Source: Selaginella moellendorffii (Eukaryota > Plantae > Lycopodiophyta). Taken from it: a stretch of DNA of 64,000 bases. The position numbers were made by a program, and so were the translations under genes. The stretch lies in assembly GCF_000143415.4 (NCBI RefSeq), contig NW_003314356.1, positions 124,001 to 188,000 on the forward strand, written 5' to 3'. The notes below the pieces were generated by a model. It saw only the letters and a program-made list of their open reading frames with translations, did not search any database and was not told the DNA's origin. Shown one piece after another: positions 51,301 to 63,169 of this stretch (position 1 is the first letter of the stretch; every line of letters begins with the position of its first letter).

Positions 51301-54300
51301 TGTTGGTCACTTTGCTCGAAAACCATTCCGTTTTCAAAAGCCAATACAAACTAGTGAAGGGGTTGGAGTTGACTTCGGTTAGCTTAGACCTTAGTATGTA
51401 GTTTGTATGATGCGGCCCGAAAGGGATGCTGACTTTTGGGGCTAAGGCAATTGAGTTGAATAGAGTCTGGAGTTAGCGTAGAAAAGTGGTCGTTTCACTT
51501 TTCTAGAAAGGTGACCCTTGTGCCTTTCTTTTGTAGCGTTATGCTTGGTGGCAGGTTGCACTTTGCATTTCGTTAGACTCTATGAGAGTAGTGAGCTCTC
51601 ACTGATCTTGACTTGGTCTTGGTGGCCCTGCGCCTTGGCTAAGGATGGTGATGTTCAACTTAGTTGTTTGAGTTTGAGATGTTGGTACCCGTACTGTAGC
51701 TTTGTCTATGAGGAGGTTGTGTATTGATATGGATCCATCTCATGGTCTTCACTTTAGTTTCAGCTAAGTGTTGATCATGCATAGCTAGCCTCTTCAAGGC
51801 ATGCTCAGAGCTATTGGCTAAATGCATTAGTGAGCTTATTGCAATTGAGTTGGATTCGAGTGGTCATTTAGTTTGTGCTTGTCAATGAACTTTTATCTCA
51901 TACCGAAGGTATCATGTTCATGTTGGACAAGTGTATGACTAAATGACGCGAGTTTAGTGTTTGGGTCTCATGAAAGCAAGTTGAAAAAAAAGTAATGGTT
52001 AGTTGCTTGGCAACTAATGATTGCTTGTAGACTTCGTCGAGGACTGTTTGACACTTGCTTCACTTGATGAAGATTTAGCAATGATGGGCTTGCTTTACCG
52101 GATGGTGTTGCGGAGGATCGTGTCATTAGACTTACATGGGTTTTTTATGTTGGCATGTCGACTCTACCTCCGTTGATATCATTTGGTTGTGTTTAGTTCA
52201 TAGTGTTGGATTTCATTGAGTCTTGGACGTGGTGAATCACTCCTTGATGAAGTGTTATCTGTACCTGAGTATTGTTGAGAGATTGGTCTCGGATCTTCGA
52301 CTTTGGTTAGCTTAGTTGCTAGAGAGCTTTGAGTGGTGATTCACTCGTGCTTTCTTCTAGCTTTGTTCTAGTGTTGATGGTATTGAAGTGATGCCTTATC
52401 GTTGACATTGTTGATGTTGAGATTTCAGTGAAATGAGATGTCTCTCTACAAGATTGATGTCGAGTTTCATTAGTCTTGGTAAAGATAGTGTTGATGACTT
52501 GGCTATAGCTCTGTATTATTAGCATTCGCGCATTTGTTAGATAGCAACTGTATTGACGTTCAAATGAACTGAGTGGCAAGCTGAGTTAGTTATGTTCTAG
52601 ACGAGATTAGTAGGGGTTGAGCTTTGAGCTTTTCCTTGAAAAGTGATTTAGTCATGGACTATACTAACTCTACAAGTGGGAGAGTTAGTGATTGATATTG
52701 GAATATTTGAATCCTTATGGGATTTTAGTTGAAATATATTGATCATTGATGATTCTTCTTGTGCTTGCTATGAAGTGAGTTACGTCTTGCTATAGATGGA
52801 TTCATGGAGGATCGTTTGGTGGTCACTTGTTGAGCATAGCTTCATTGTGCTTAGCTTTTGGATTGATACAGATATGCTCTTCATTAGCTTTGCATTATGA
52901 AGTTTAGCTTATAGATGTGTTGAGGAGGATATTGTGGGTTGTACCATAATTTCTTCTTTAGCATTGACGTTAGTCTATGCGAAACTCGTGATCATTATTA
53001 GGCAAGACTTGGCTATAGACTTCTTTGAGCTTTTGGTTCTTTGAGTTTTCATGCTCATTGTTCCATTTGTTAGGAGTTGTTGGGGGAAGGCATTTTGGCT
53101 CATTAGCTTCGATGTTGACGTTAGTATTTGCATCTAGCAATCATTGGTGATGATTGACTATCATCTAAGATAGTTGATTATCCTTGTCAAGAGTTTTGCT
53201 TGATTATTATTGGTATAAAATGATTTGCTGTTCTTCGGGATGGTAAATTCTTTCTTCGATGATGATTATGCATTTCTTTATTGATCGGATGATTAATGAT
53301 CTTTCATGATGGTTAGTTATTCTCTTTGATGGCTTTTGGCTTTTCGCAATATCACATGTTTTTTTGTGGTTTGCTCTGGATTGGTCTTTTGGGTTTGAGA
53401 CATCAGTAGGATGTTGCTGATACTTGTTTAAGCAACTTAAGTTCCTTAGTATTGTTGGCTGGGATCTATTTGGATTGGCTTTTATGATAGTTGACAGGAA
53501 TGAGTGTTTGTTGGTCTTACCGCATTCATTCTCTTCTGTTGGTTGTTGCTCAAGTTTGTTATGATAGATTGGAATGTTATTTCCTCCGGGTGATACATTC
53601 GCGAGTATTTTGCTTGCCAGTCGATGATACTTTGTGTTCTTTGAGTTATCTTTTGTAAGTTGTTTGGCATTCTATCTGCAATCTTTAATAGTTAAACTTT
53701 ATCGTTAAGTTTACTTAATGATATACTTGCTATTGAATTTTGTTTGATGGTAAATCCTATGTTTACCAATTATGATGATCTTAGTGGTTCCTGCACTATA
53801 ATACTAGTTTATCGGATGATAACTTGCTTGGAATACTTTTGTGTTCTAATCTAAGATATATTCACTGATAATTAAGTCTCTAAGATATCATTGTCTATAA
53901 CTTTGATATTGTCCATCTATTCATCTTTGAGTTTGGGCCAGTAATGGGCAGACTGGCTTCGGCACTTCGTGTGCATGTTGAAATCTCTAGTCATGGGATA
54001 GCTACTGTCGACTGGTCACATAACCCGCCTCTCTGTCGATGTTCCTTATTTCATTGAAAGGGCGTGACCGTGTAAACAACTCTAACTGCCTGTTTACAGT
54101 AGTCTATCTAAACCTTACCGACGGGTTTGGTTTCTTTGCTTAGGAGGGTTGGGGCCTCTGGCTTCTCTCTCTATGTCCCTGCGGGCAGGGGCATATCACA
54201 CTTTTGTAAGCTGGGTGACTCCCAGAGCAGCAAGGGTGGCTGACTCCGTTGGTCATTTCCTTGTCGGTGACGGCCGGAAGGTGTCTGAGCTGGTAGCGCA

Positions 54301-55592
54301 TCCGCGTTAGACAAAGAGGTTTCCCCCTAACTCATTTAAGTTGGTGCATTTCTCATATAGTGTGAGTACTGTGAACTTTTTCTGGAGTTGTTTCCTTGGC
54401 GGTATTCTAGACTCGAGTGTGCATCGACGAGGACGTCGATCTTCCCAAGGGGGGGAGAGTGTCGCGAATGTGACTTCGGGTATCGAAAGTTACCTGTCGG
54501 CTAGTCCTTACGGACACTCTTACCTTACTGCCACGATGGCAGGAGGTCGGTATTGCTGGACCCTTTATCAGCCCCTCTTGTTCAAGTGTTAGTAAACTGG
54601 ACTTTGCATCTGTACTTGGCCGGATGAGCATAAGGAAGGAATTCCTAAGTGTCTATTGAGCTGAGCATACTTGGCCCGGCTTGTTAGTTCTCTTTTGCTC
54701 TGTCTTGCACTGGCTTGACAAGAACCCTCGCGTATTGAGATTGGTCCCTTAATATCGCTACATGATAGCTTACCGTGTCTGCCAAACACCTTCGCTATCA
54801 TGCCCTTTGTGTTAGTCTCATTTCAGTCCCAAATGCTATTTATGGAAAGTGTCCAGATTTGCTCATTTGGCATATCTGTGGAATGTAGAGATTGTCCTGA
54901 ACACAATGGTGTTCGTCCCGTGCACAAATTCGCAATCTACGGACATTCCATATTTAGTAAGTTTCGAGCTTGTCCCAGAGACTAACTCCTGATACTAAGG
55001 GAGGCTTGGGGTGAAAGCCCAAAGCGTGTGTTCCTCAAGGGGGGGGGGGCTGTGGGGGGTTCCAATTGTATAGTAGGGATAGTGGGTAGGTCGGGCATGG
55101 CCGACCAACTTGAGGCATAGTCTAGCTCCCGCTTGCGTGCCTGTCCTTGTTCTGCGTCTGGCTTGGGTCTAAGCCCAAGTTCCATTCCATGCTAGTTGGT
55201 GGAGTACCCATATCCTCGCGTTAGGCCACCGGTATACCGAAATAGCGCTAGACTCCGTTTGGCTCCGTTTTGCGTGCTGGTCCTGGCATTAGGATGCTGG
55301 TTACTCTAGGACTGTTCCAAGTCGCTTCGGGCCCCTGTCCCTTCGCTCCTTGGGCTGTATGCTCGGGAGTTGCTCCGTGGTCCGGTTCCATCACTCCTTG
55401 GCTCCACGCTTGGGAGTTTGGCACAGTTCCTTTGTTCAGTGGCCCAAGGCCCTGAACCTCAGGTTCCTATGGACACGTGGCATGGACACGTGGCATCTGG
55501 CACGTGGCACAAAGAGGGTTTAGGTTCCACTTCGTGGTGTTATCCTATGGTAAATTACCATAGGATAAAGGGTCAAAACCACGTACGCTACA
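48332..55592 (+). mobile_element. Complete non-autonomous LTR element (LARD-type), 7.26 kb
   Basis: LTRs at 48332-49478 and 54460-55592 (TGTCGCGA...GCTACA), near-identical. TSD CTCAC at 48327-48331 and 55593-55597. PBS TGGTATCAGAG at 49481-49491, PPT at 54447-54459. About 5 kb of interior with no ORF over 100 aa. Confidence 0.95.
49344..49394 (+). promoter_or_regulatory. Tandem ABRE/G-box array (4x CACGTGGC) in the LARD 5' LTR; 3x at 55472-55508
   Basis: GACACGTGGC at 49344, 49357 and 49371, and CACGTGGC at 49387. Function is inferred. Confidence 0.6.
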
Positions 55593-55983
55593 CTCACTCC
55601 CACCCAAGGCCCTTAACCCTTAGTCCCAACCTCAAGTTAGTTTAAAGGCACCATTGGAGAGTTTTTTCAAGATTAGTTTTTGGACTTCATTATCTCTTAT
55701 ATACTTTTGGAACTCCCTTACAGCCCCCCTCCCCCCCTTTGGGAGATGAACACTTTAGGCTTTCATACCACAACTTGTATTAGTATTTATACTCAGTCTC
55801 GGACTGAATTTCAAACTCAATCTCAGACCTGATCTCGGACACAGTCTCGGACCTGACCTTAAACTCGGTCTCGGACTGGATCTCAGACCCTACCTTGGAT
55901 CTCGGACTCAGTCTCAAACTAGGTCTTGGACTCAGTCTTGAACTTGGTCTCGGAGTTGGTCTCAAATTTAATCATGGACTCGT

Positions 55984-56197
55984 TGTAAGCGACTAAATTT
56001 TTCCATTCTACTTTAGTCACTTAACCACACCTCTGACCACTTGGAGGTGTCTCACTCACAACGTCCATAAGTCCTACTTTGAACTTGGGGCTTGCTAGTC
56101 CCAAGGATGGCATTCATGCCACTTAACCTTTGCATTTAGTCCAAGTGCTCCATATGTCCAATCCTATGACTGACACCCCAAGGTACTACTAACATAT
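55984..56197 (-). mobile_element. LTR (family B) 3' end, interrupted by the next insertion
   Basis: Reverse complement of about 57590-57801; begins TGTAAGCGACTAAATTTTTCCA. Confidence 0.85.
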
Positions 56198-56402
56198 TGT
56201 GAGACAAAATCTCTAGGCCCCAAATTGGAGCCAGAAGGGTGCCATGTGGTAGTGGCCGAAGCAAAAACCAAACGAGTGTAACACGTTTGGACTAAAAGCT
56301 CTGACTTGAAAGGTCGAGAGCGGGAGTGGAACTCCCAACGAAGTGCTCGAGGAACAAGCACAAAGCAAGCAATAAATGAGTCTCTAGAAAAGAGACACAA
56401 GA

Positions 56403-56805
56403 GGACCCGAGATGGACCCAAGATGAAGTCCGAGATGGACCTGAGATGGAGTCTGAGATGGAGTCTGAGATGGACCCGAGATGGAGTTTGAGATGGACCC
56501 AAGATGGAGTCCGAGATGGAGTCCGAAATGGAGTCCGAGATGGACCCGAGATAGAGTCCGAGATGGAGTCTGAGATGGAATCTAAGAAGGACCCGAGATG
56601 GAGTCCGAAATGGAGTCCGAGATGGACCCGAGATGGAGTCCGAGATGGAATATTACATGGAGTCCGAGAAGGACCTGAGATGGAGTCTGAAGTCGAGATC
56701 GAGACCAAGACCGGGACCAAGACTGAGACCGAGACCGAGGCCGATGCCGAGACCGAGCCCAAGCCCGAGTCCGAGTCTAAGTCCGAGTCCGAGTTCGAGT
56801 CTGAG
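56403..56805 (+). repeat. LTR-internal minisatellite (GAGATGGAGTCC / GAGATGGACCC, then CCGAGA/CCGAGT hexamers); also at 62278-62675 and 63404-63765
   Basis: Directly visible 11/12-bp and 6-bp units; copy number differs between LTRs. Confidence 0.95.
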
Positions 56806-59800
56806 AGGGTGAAAGCCTAAAGCGTTTGTCTCCCAGACCCTGGGGGGTTTGGTGAGCTCCAAAAGTATAGTAGGGGGAGGATTGCAGTGGAGCCAGTTTG
56901 GCTAGAAAAGGGCAATTTGGCCCAGGAAGGCTGTACCCAGTGTTGGGTGAGGAGCTGCCCACTGGGAAGTCCAAAAATAGAGTGAACACGGACTGACAAG
57001 CGGGGTAGCTTGGTGAAATGTTCAAGAGCCGGCTCTAGTTCCCCCGGGAGATTGACTAGCTGATGCTCCCAGTCCAAGTGTGGGTGGCACTACCTACTTG
57101 GATACCTGGTGTGGCTCAATGGAACCTCGCTCTAAGCTCATGGCTAGAGCACCCAAAGGCAGAAGGTGGGGAGAGTACCCATGAGGCTTGCGTAGGGCCA
57201 CGGTGTTCCAAAATGTTGCCCCAAAGGCCCAGACTGTGGAAAGGAAGAGGAGTAGTCCTCTGGAGTAGAGACCAAGGATACAGTCATGTGGTGAGGAAGT
57301 CCCAGGGGACCGTGGGACTTAATGGTCGGGCTTGTGGGCCTCGATCCAGTGGCAATGTTGGCGAACACAACCATGGGCAGAAAGAGACTTGGTGGGGACT
57401 AGAAAAGGGATATTGGGGAAGGCTATTCCCCATGTCTGCGGGCATCCTAAGGATGCTAAGGAGTGGATTTGGGATGATCACTCATGGATGGATGGCCCAA
57501 TCTTTGAGAGATGGGACTGTGATATAGGTGGTGTCAGGCCACCGGTGTGACCAAGGTGAATGGGCATGGCCTTAGCGTAATGGGCTAATATGTCGATGGT
57601 ACCTTGGGGTGTCGATCATGGGATCGGACATGTGGAGCACTAGGACCAAGTGCAATGGTTGAGTGGCATGGATGCCATTCGTGGGGCTAGCAAGTTCTTA
57701 AGTCCAAAATAGGACTTATAGAGGTTGTGAGTGAGACTCCTCCAAGTGGTTGGAGGTGTGGTTAAGTGACTAAAGTAAAATGGAAAATTTAGTTGCTTAC
57801 AACTTGGTATCGGAACTGTTCCTTAGTCTGACTTTTATTGGTGGCCAAGTATATCACCACTTGTATTGGAATTGAAAGGTCCTAGATATGGACCTATCCT
57901 CGAGGAGTAACATGTTGAGAGGACATGGCTCTCCACTCAAGTTCATGCGTGAACTTGTGCGCGATGTGGTGGATGGAAAAGGGCTAGTAAGGGAACAATT
58001 TTGGGATCTTGGGAACAGTATAAGGTTTCCCTCAAAGAGTTAAGGATGTGATCCGAATGAGCGTTTGACTCAACAAACTGGCTAAGGCAGTTGTGGTAAA
58101 CAACTATAGTTGGGATCATGGGAAAGATAGAAACTCCAAAACAATAAAGGAGTTATAAGATTATCCTCACATAATTGAGGTTGATGCTCATGAATTTGAG
58201 ACTGGAATTGATGACCGTGAGAGGTCAAGTACAGATGAGGACACGAGTCCTTGAAATGGTAGCCGGGGCTACCTTTTATAAATGCTAGACCAAACCTAAG
58301 GAGTTGGGGTGTGCTTAAAGGATGAGTTGGTATTCTCATCATAGGGATGGATAGTCCTAAGAGGCAAAGGTAGCCCATAAAGAACGGAAAATAATAAAGT
58401 GTTGGAGCAACACTTGCAAGATGGTCCTTATGAGTAGAACATGAATACATGAAGTTGTATTCCAGCGAGCTGACACCTCAAAAATAAAACCTTACGGGTC
58501 GTTGGTTTACAAAAGTCCAAAAATGCTGGATGACTCAAAAAGAGTCAAGGAATGGTCCTAAGGGATTGGAAAAAGCATTTGGACTAAGGTGTGTTGTGCC
58601 CCACGGAGGATGGGGAGGATCATAAGATTGAAGTATGAGGACAATGGGTATCTCATGGTGGTAGAATGTGCCATACTAAAGTCATGGGAAAGGTGTTCCC
58701 AAAAGATGCAAATTTGGTGCAGAGTTGTGTGTGAACACTATGGTGTAGTGCTAATGGATAGTTGGCATAAGAAACGACTGGGTTGGTCTTGGCAAAGACC
58801 TAGACACAAGTGCAAAGTGTCATAAAGGTAAACTCATGGAGCCAATGGTGTGGAGATACCAAATGTGCCAAGGTGTGATACCTTGAGGTTATGTTAATGG
58901 GTTCAGAAGAACCTCTTGCCAAGGGAATCCTAATGGAAATAGGAATGGCATAGCCTAAGCTGGAAGGTATGTGGTAGAGTGTGGTGACCCAGATGATGAT
59001 GGAGGTGTGGAAGCACTAGCAATGAGTTGTAAGATTTGACAACTATGAGGCAACTAAGCAAAAGGTGCAGGGTAATTGGTTAAACAGATAGAAAATAACT
59101 ACTTAAGACTTTTTATTGGGATAAAGAAGTTGGATATACCTTTATAGAGAATAAATTGCTTATGTTGCGATATAGTAAGTTAATATTGTAAAGGGAATGC
59201 TTATTATCAAAAAGGCCATTATTGGGACACCCAAGCACTCTAGAACACCAAGAGATAGTGTTTGTGTTATGAGGGCAATAAATAAGGCCCAAGGGACAAA
59301 GTCCCTAGCGAATGATCATAAAGTGCCGTCATGGATAGTTTCCGAGGATGAGAAGTGAAAATCTTAGAAGGAAGATCCCACACACAGTACGCTTCCTCTA
59401 TCTCACGAAATCTAGAACTTGCTCCTGACACAATTGCAGTAGAAAACAATTTCTCGCCGTAGGCGCCCAGCCCCGTGCGAATGAGATCCGAGTTGTAGAA
59501 GGCTGAATCGCCGGATCCATGCGGGATAGAAGGTGCTATTCAAACGTCCAAGGTTGCAAAGATGGGAGAAATCTCTCTACCCTAATTGGACAAAGCCAAA
59601 AGAAGGCTTTAGCAAGGCTAGTGATGGGCATATAGAGGCCCATAAGTAGCAACATTAATCCTGGTAAGTGGGATTATAAGTTGAGCATGCCCAAATTGAG
59701 GAACCACTCCCTAAGTTATCAGATAGGTTCATCCCTATGAATACTTGCTAAGGCATGGTAGAATGTGCAAAGCTATCCTCCTAGTCTGGAGGAGAATAAC

Positions 59801-60129
59801 CAAAGGAGACATATGCGGTAAAAAAAAAAAGCAAGTAGTATTGGGATGGAATTGAACCATAGAAATCGAAGGGCATAACCAACGGTGGTTATGCAAGTTG
59901 GGAGTGGAAAATCAAGAGGGTGCTCAAGGATGTTGTTACTAGAAACTACGATGCCATAGAGAGTCTAAAATGTGGAATCGTCCATGTTATACCATATAGT
60001 GAGTAGGGAGCTTGCAAAGGAGAAGCCTTAGCAAGCTAAAGAACAGAGTTCTTTGAAGGTTCCCAAAGACAATTTTAGGTAGGTAAGTACCTAGAAAGCC
60101 AAGTGTAAATGGTCCCTAGAGCGCGCAAA

Positions 60130-60156
60130 ATCAGAGTGGCGCAGCAGAAGCGTGGT
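60130..60156 (+). pseudogene. 5' fragment (nt 1-27) of plant initiator tRNA-Met embedded in the LTR element
   Basis: ATCAGAGTGGCGCAGCAGAAGCGTGGT versus recalled plant tRNA-iMet ATCAGAGTGGCGCAGCGGAAGCGTGGT: 26/27 match. No anticodon arm or 3' half. Confidence 0.75.
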
Positions 60157-62780
60157 CTTGAAGCTGGCCATGAGGTGAAGCTATCAAGGTTGGGGAAGTA
60201 GTTCCTGAGTGTTCAAAGGGAGGGCTTTGAACAAAAGTTGACGGTTAAGGACTTTCACGCTTATGCATGAACCATGTTACGGTGGCCGGATGACTTGCTA
60301 AGTGAGATTGGCAAGTCATAAGAACAAATACCTTAGTTGAAGGTGCTAACTTTAAAGGGGTGACCCATGGGGCCAAGCATGGAGGAGTCCATGCATGATT
60401 ACAAATTTGTCAAGTGAAAGGACTTGGCAGTGTGGAGGAACTAGATTCCTAAGCTGTGATCTGTAGTGCGCTTTAAGTATAAATTGGTGCACAGGCATGG
60501 GCAGTCACGCCAGGCATCCTACGCGATGCCGTCCGTAGATGCATATATGGAGGTTGGGTTTGAATCCCGACCCTCTAGTGTTTGGGTTTGAGTCCCAAAT
60601 TACTAGGGTGTGGTGATGGTTTGGAATATGAGGACACTCATTTTTCGATGGTCATGGACTCTTAGTGAGGAGACTGGTTTGGGCACACCGCCAAACAAGG
60701 GATGCCTCGGAGTCGTGATGCATGGTTAGATTGCTTAATGCAAAAGCTCGGCATATATAACTTGGACACTTTGGTGCAAGTGGCACCAAGAACGTGGTAA
60801 GTGAGATGGGGACACCTAGTCTTAATTGCCATGGACCCTTGGCCGGAAAGGCTAGCTTGGGTGCACTGCCAAGTGTGGGGGGCCCCCAGGGTCATGGTCA
60901 ATAATTTAAAGGTCTGGAAGACCTAGTATCTATTGGCAAGCTTGTTAAAGTGCCAAGGTTAGATCATTAGGTGGTCTTATGGCTAAAACAAGAATAAGGT
61001 CCTTGTAAGGTTAAAGGATAAAGTTCCTAGTTGAAAAGTGTTGATTTGAACTATTGATGATGGTGTGGCTTGGACAAAGTGACCAAGTGGGAAGAACACC
61101 TAAGGGAAATAAGCTATGTTAATGTGATGGCATAGTAAGTCCGAGGGAAGTAGTCTCTATAAGAGATCCAAGGGAGGGTCTCAAAAGTTGGGCCGTGGAT
61201 AGAGCCCACAGTAGAAAATGTTAAAGAGACGTACTAGGGGTGAATGCTCTCTGGACTTGGCAAAACAAAGTGCTTGCTATGAAACCGAAAGGATACCTCA
61301 AAAATGGAGGTAGTGATCCTATGTTACTAGGTGCAACAATCAAGGATAGGAGCAAAAGACTAATGGTTAAAAAAAGAGCCATGAGAATCATGGGAAAGAA
61401 TCCAAAAGGGCAAAGTTAGGCCAAGAACACTAATATGTTGGGTGCTAACGAATTGTGGGAAAGGCAATGTGTTTCCAAAGATGGATTCCCAATTGCTTCA
61501 ATTTGGCGAAAGCAGAAGCTCCAAGGTAAGGAGCGGTAAGGTAGCCAAATAATAAGGCCATGGACAACCTTAGCACAAATTATGATAACTGGAACTTAGT
61601 GCCCAAGGTGGCATGAAATGGAAGAGAGAATGATGGTGCCCTCCAGTAGAGAACTTTCTAGGATGGGGAAATGGAGTTGCACAATATGTGCAATGCAAGG
61701 TGTCGGAAATACCTAGGAAATTGATTATAAGAAGTCAAAAGTAAAAGTTCCAAAGTGCAAAGCTTATATCAATGGAAACTAAAACTACTCAAGGAGTAGT
61801 GGGATCAAGATAGAGACGGTGTCTCTAACAGGTTTAGCGAGAACTAAACCAATAAAAGGAAAGAACCACCATAAGTGGTCCAATCAGTCTCTAAGTTGGA
61901 GAGACTATACTCCTTAAGAATGGGGAAGGCATGGTGAGCCTTCAATATCAAACCATTGACGAATATTCGCGAGGGGCCAAGGATGGAAACGGTAATATAA
62001 GTTAGTATTACTTTATAAAATAGTTTATCGTTCGATGAGGACATTGAACTTCGTCTATGGGTGGTGGAGTTGTGAGACACAAAATCTCTAGGTCCCAAAG
62101 TGGAGCCGAAAGGGTGCCATGTGGTAGTGGCCGAAGCGAAAACCAAATGAGCGTAACACGTTTGGACTAAAAGCTTTGACTTGAAAGGTCGAGAGCGGGA
62201 GTGGAACTCCCAACGAAGTGCTCAAGGAATAAGCACAAAACAAGCAATAAGTGAGTCTCTAGAAAAGGGACATAAGAGGACCTGACATGGAGTCTGAGAT
62301 GGACTCGAGATGGAGTCCGTGATGGACCCAAGATGGAGTCTGAGATGGAGTCTGAGATGGACCCGAGATGGAGTCTGAAATGGAGTCCGAGATGGACCCA
62401 AGATAGAGTCCGAGATGGAGTCTGAGATGGAATCCGAGATGGAGTCCGAGAAGGACCCGAGATGGAGTCTAAAATGGAGTCTAAGATGGACCCGAGATGG
62501 AGTCCGAGATGGAATCTGAGATGGAGTCCGAGAAGGACCCAAGATGGAGTCCGAAGTCGAGACCGAGACCGAGACTGAGACCGAGGCCGAGGCCGAGACC
62601 GAGCCCAAGCCCGAGTCTGAGTCCGAGTCCAAGTCCGAGTCCAAGTCCGAGTCTGAGTCCGAGTTCGAGTCTGAGAGGGTGAAAGCCCAAAGCATTCGTC
62701 TCCCAGACCCTGGGGGGTTTGGTGAGCTCCAAAAGTATAGTAGGGGGAGGACTGTAGTGGAGCCAGTTTGGCTAGGAAAG

Positions 62781-63169
62781 TGTAAGCCACAAATTTTTCC
62801 TTTCCAATTTGCCAGCTTACCTCATCTATCCGACCAACACTGCCTTGGCTTGTGCTAAGTTCCCTTGCCAAGGTTCTCGCCTATTGAACCAGCTCCTACT
62901 TGGTCCTACTTGGTTTCAGCTATTCACTGCACGAGTAATGGAGTGTTAGCCATCCATCTACGGATTCCCAAATCTCTCCCAATCTCCCTCCCCGGGTTAG
63001 ATTGGACTTAAGGTTCGGCTACACTTCCCGCAGGCACAAGCAGCCAAGCACACCAAGCCTTCAGGTTCCTAACACCCCTTGGTACAACAAGATTTGATCA
63101 TGGGACCCTCTAAATCCCAAGCCTTGGGTGCAGCACTTGCTTCGGGACGTCGGGGCGAAACACTGTGGC
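62781..63169 (-). mobile_element. LTR (family C) 3' end nested in the family-B 3' LTR
   Basis: Abrupt switch to TGTAAGCCACAAATTTTTCC; homologous to 47741-48110. Confidence 0.82.

Larger units (their letters stand above)
56198..62780 (+). mobile_element. Non-autonomous LTR element (family B) with decayed interior; 3' LTR interrupted at 62780
   Basis: 5' LTR at 56198-57801 (TGTGAGAC...GCTTACA). PBS TGGTATCGGAAC at 57805-57816. Purine-rich tract at about 62058-62070. 3' LTR starts at 62071. No long ORFs inside. Confidence 0.88.

Noticed and set aside
48461-55645. Duplicated 60-110 aa ORFs
   Set aside because: They recur only because they lie in the two LARD LTRs; no recognisable domains.
56403-56805. 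CRISPR-like appearance of the short repeats
   Set aside because: Units are contiguous with no unique spacers, there are no cas genes, and the context is eukaryotic LTR.
56164-56862. SR/SD/LG-rich ORFs on both strands (also 62167-62871 and 63110-63988)
   Set aside because: Translations of the LTR minisatellite; no protein evidence.
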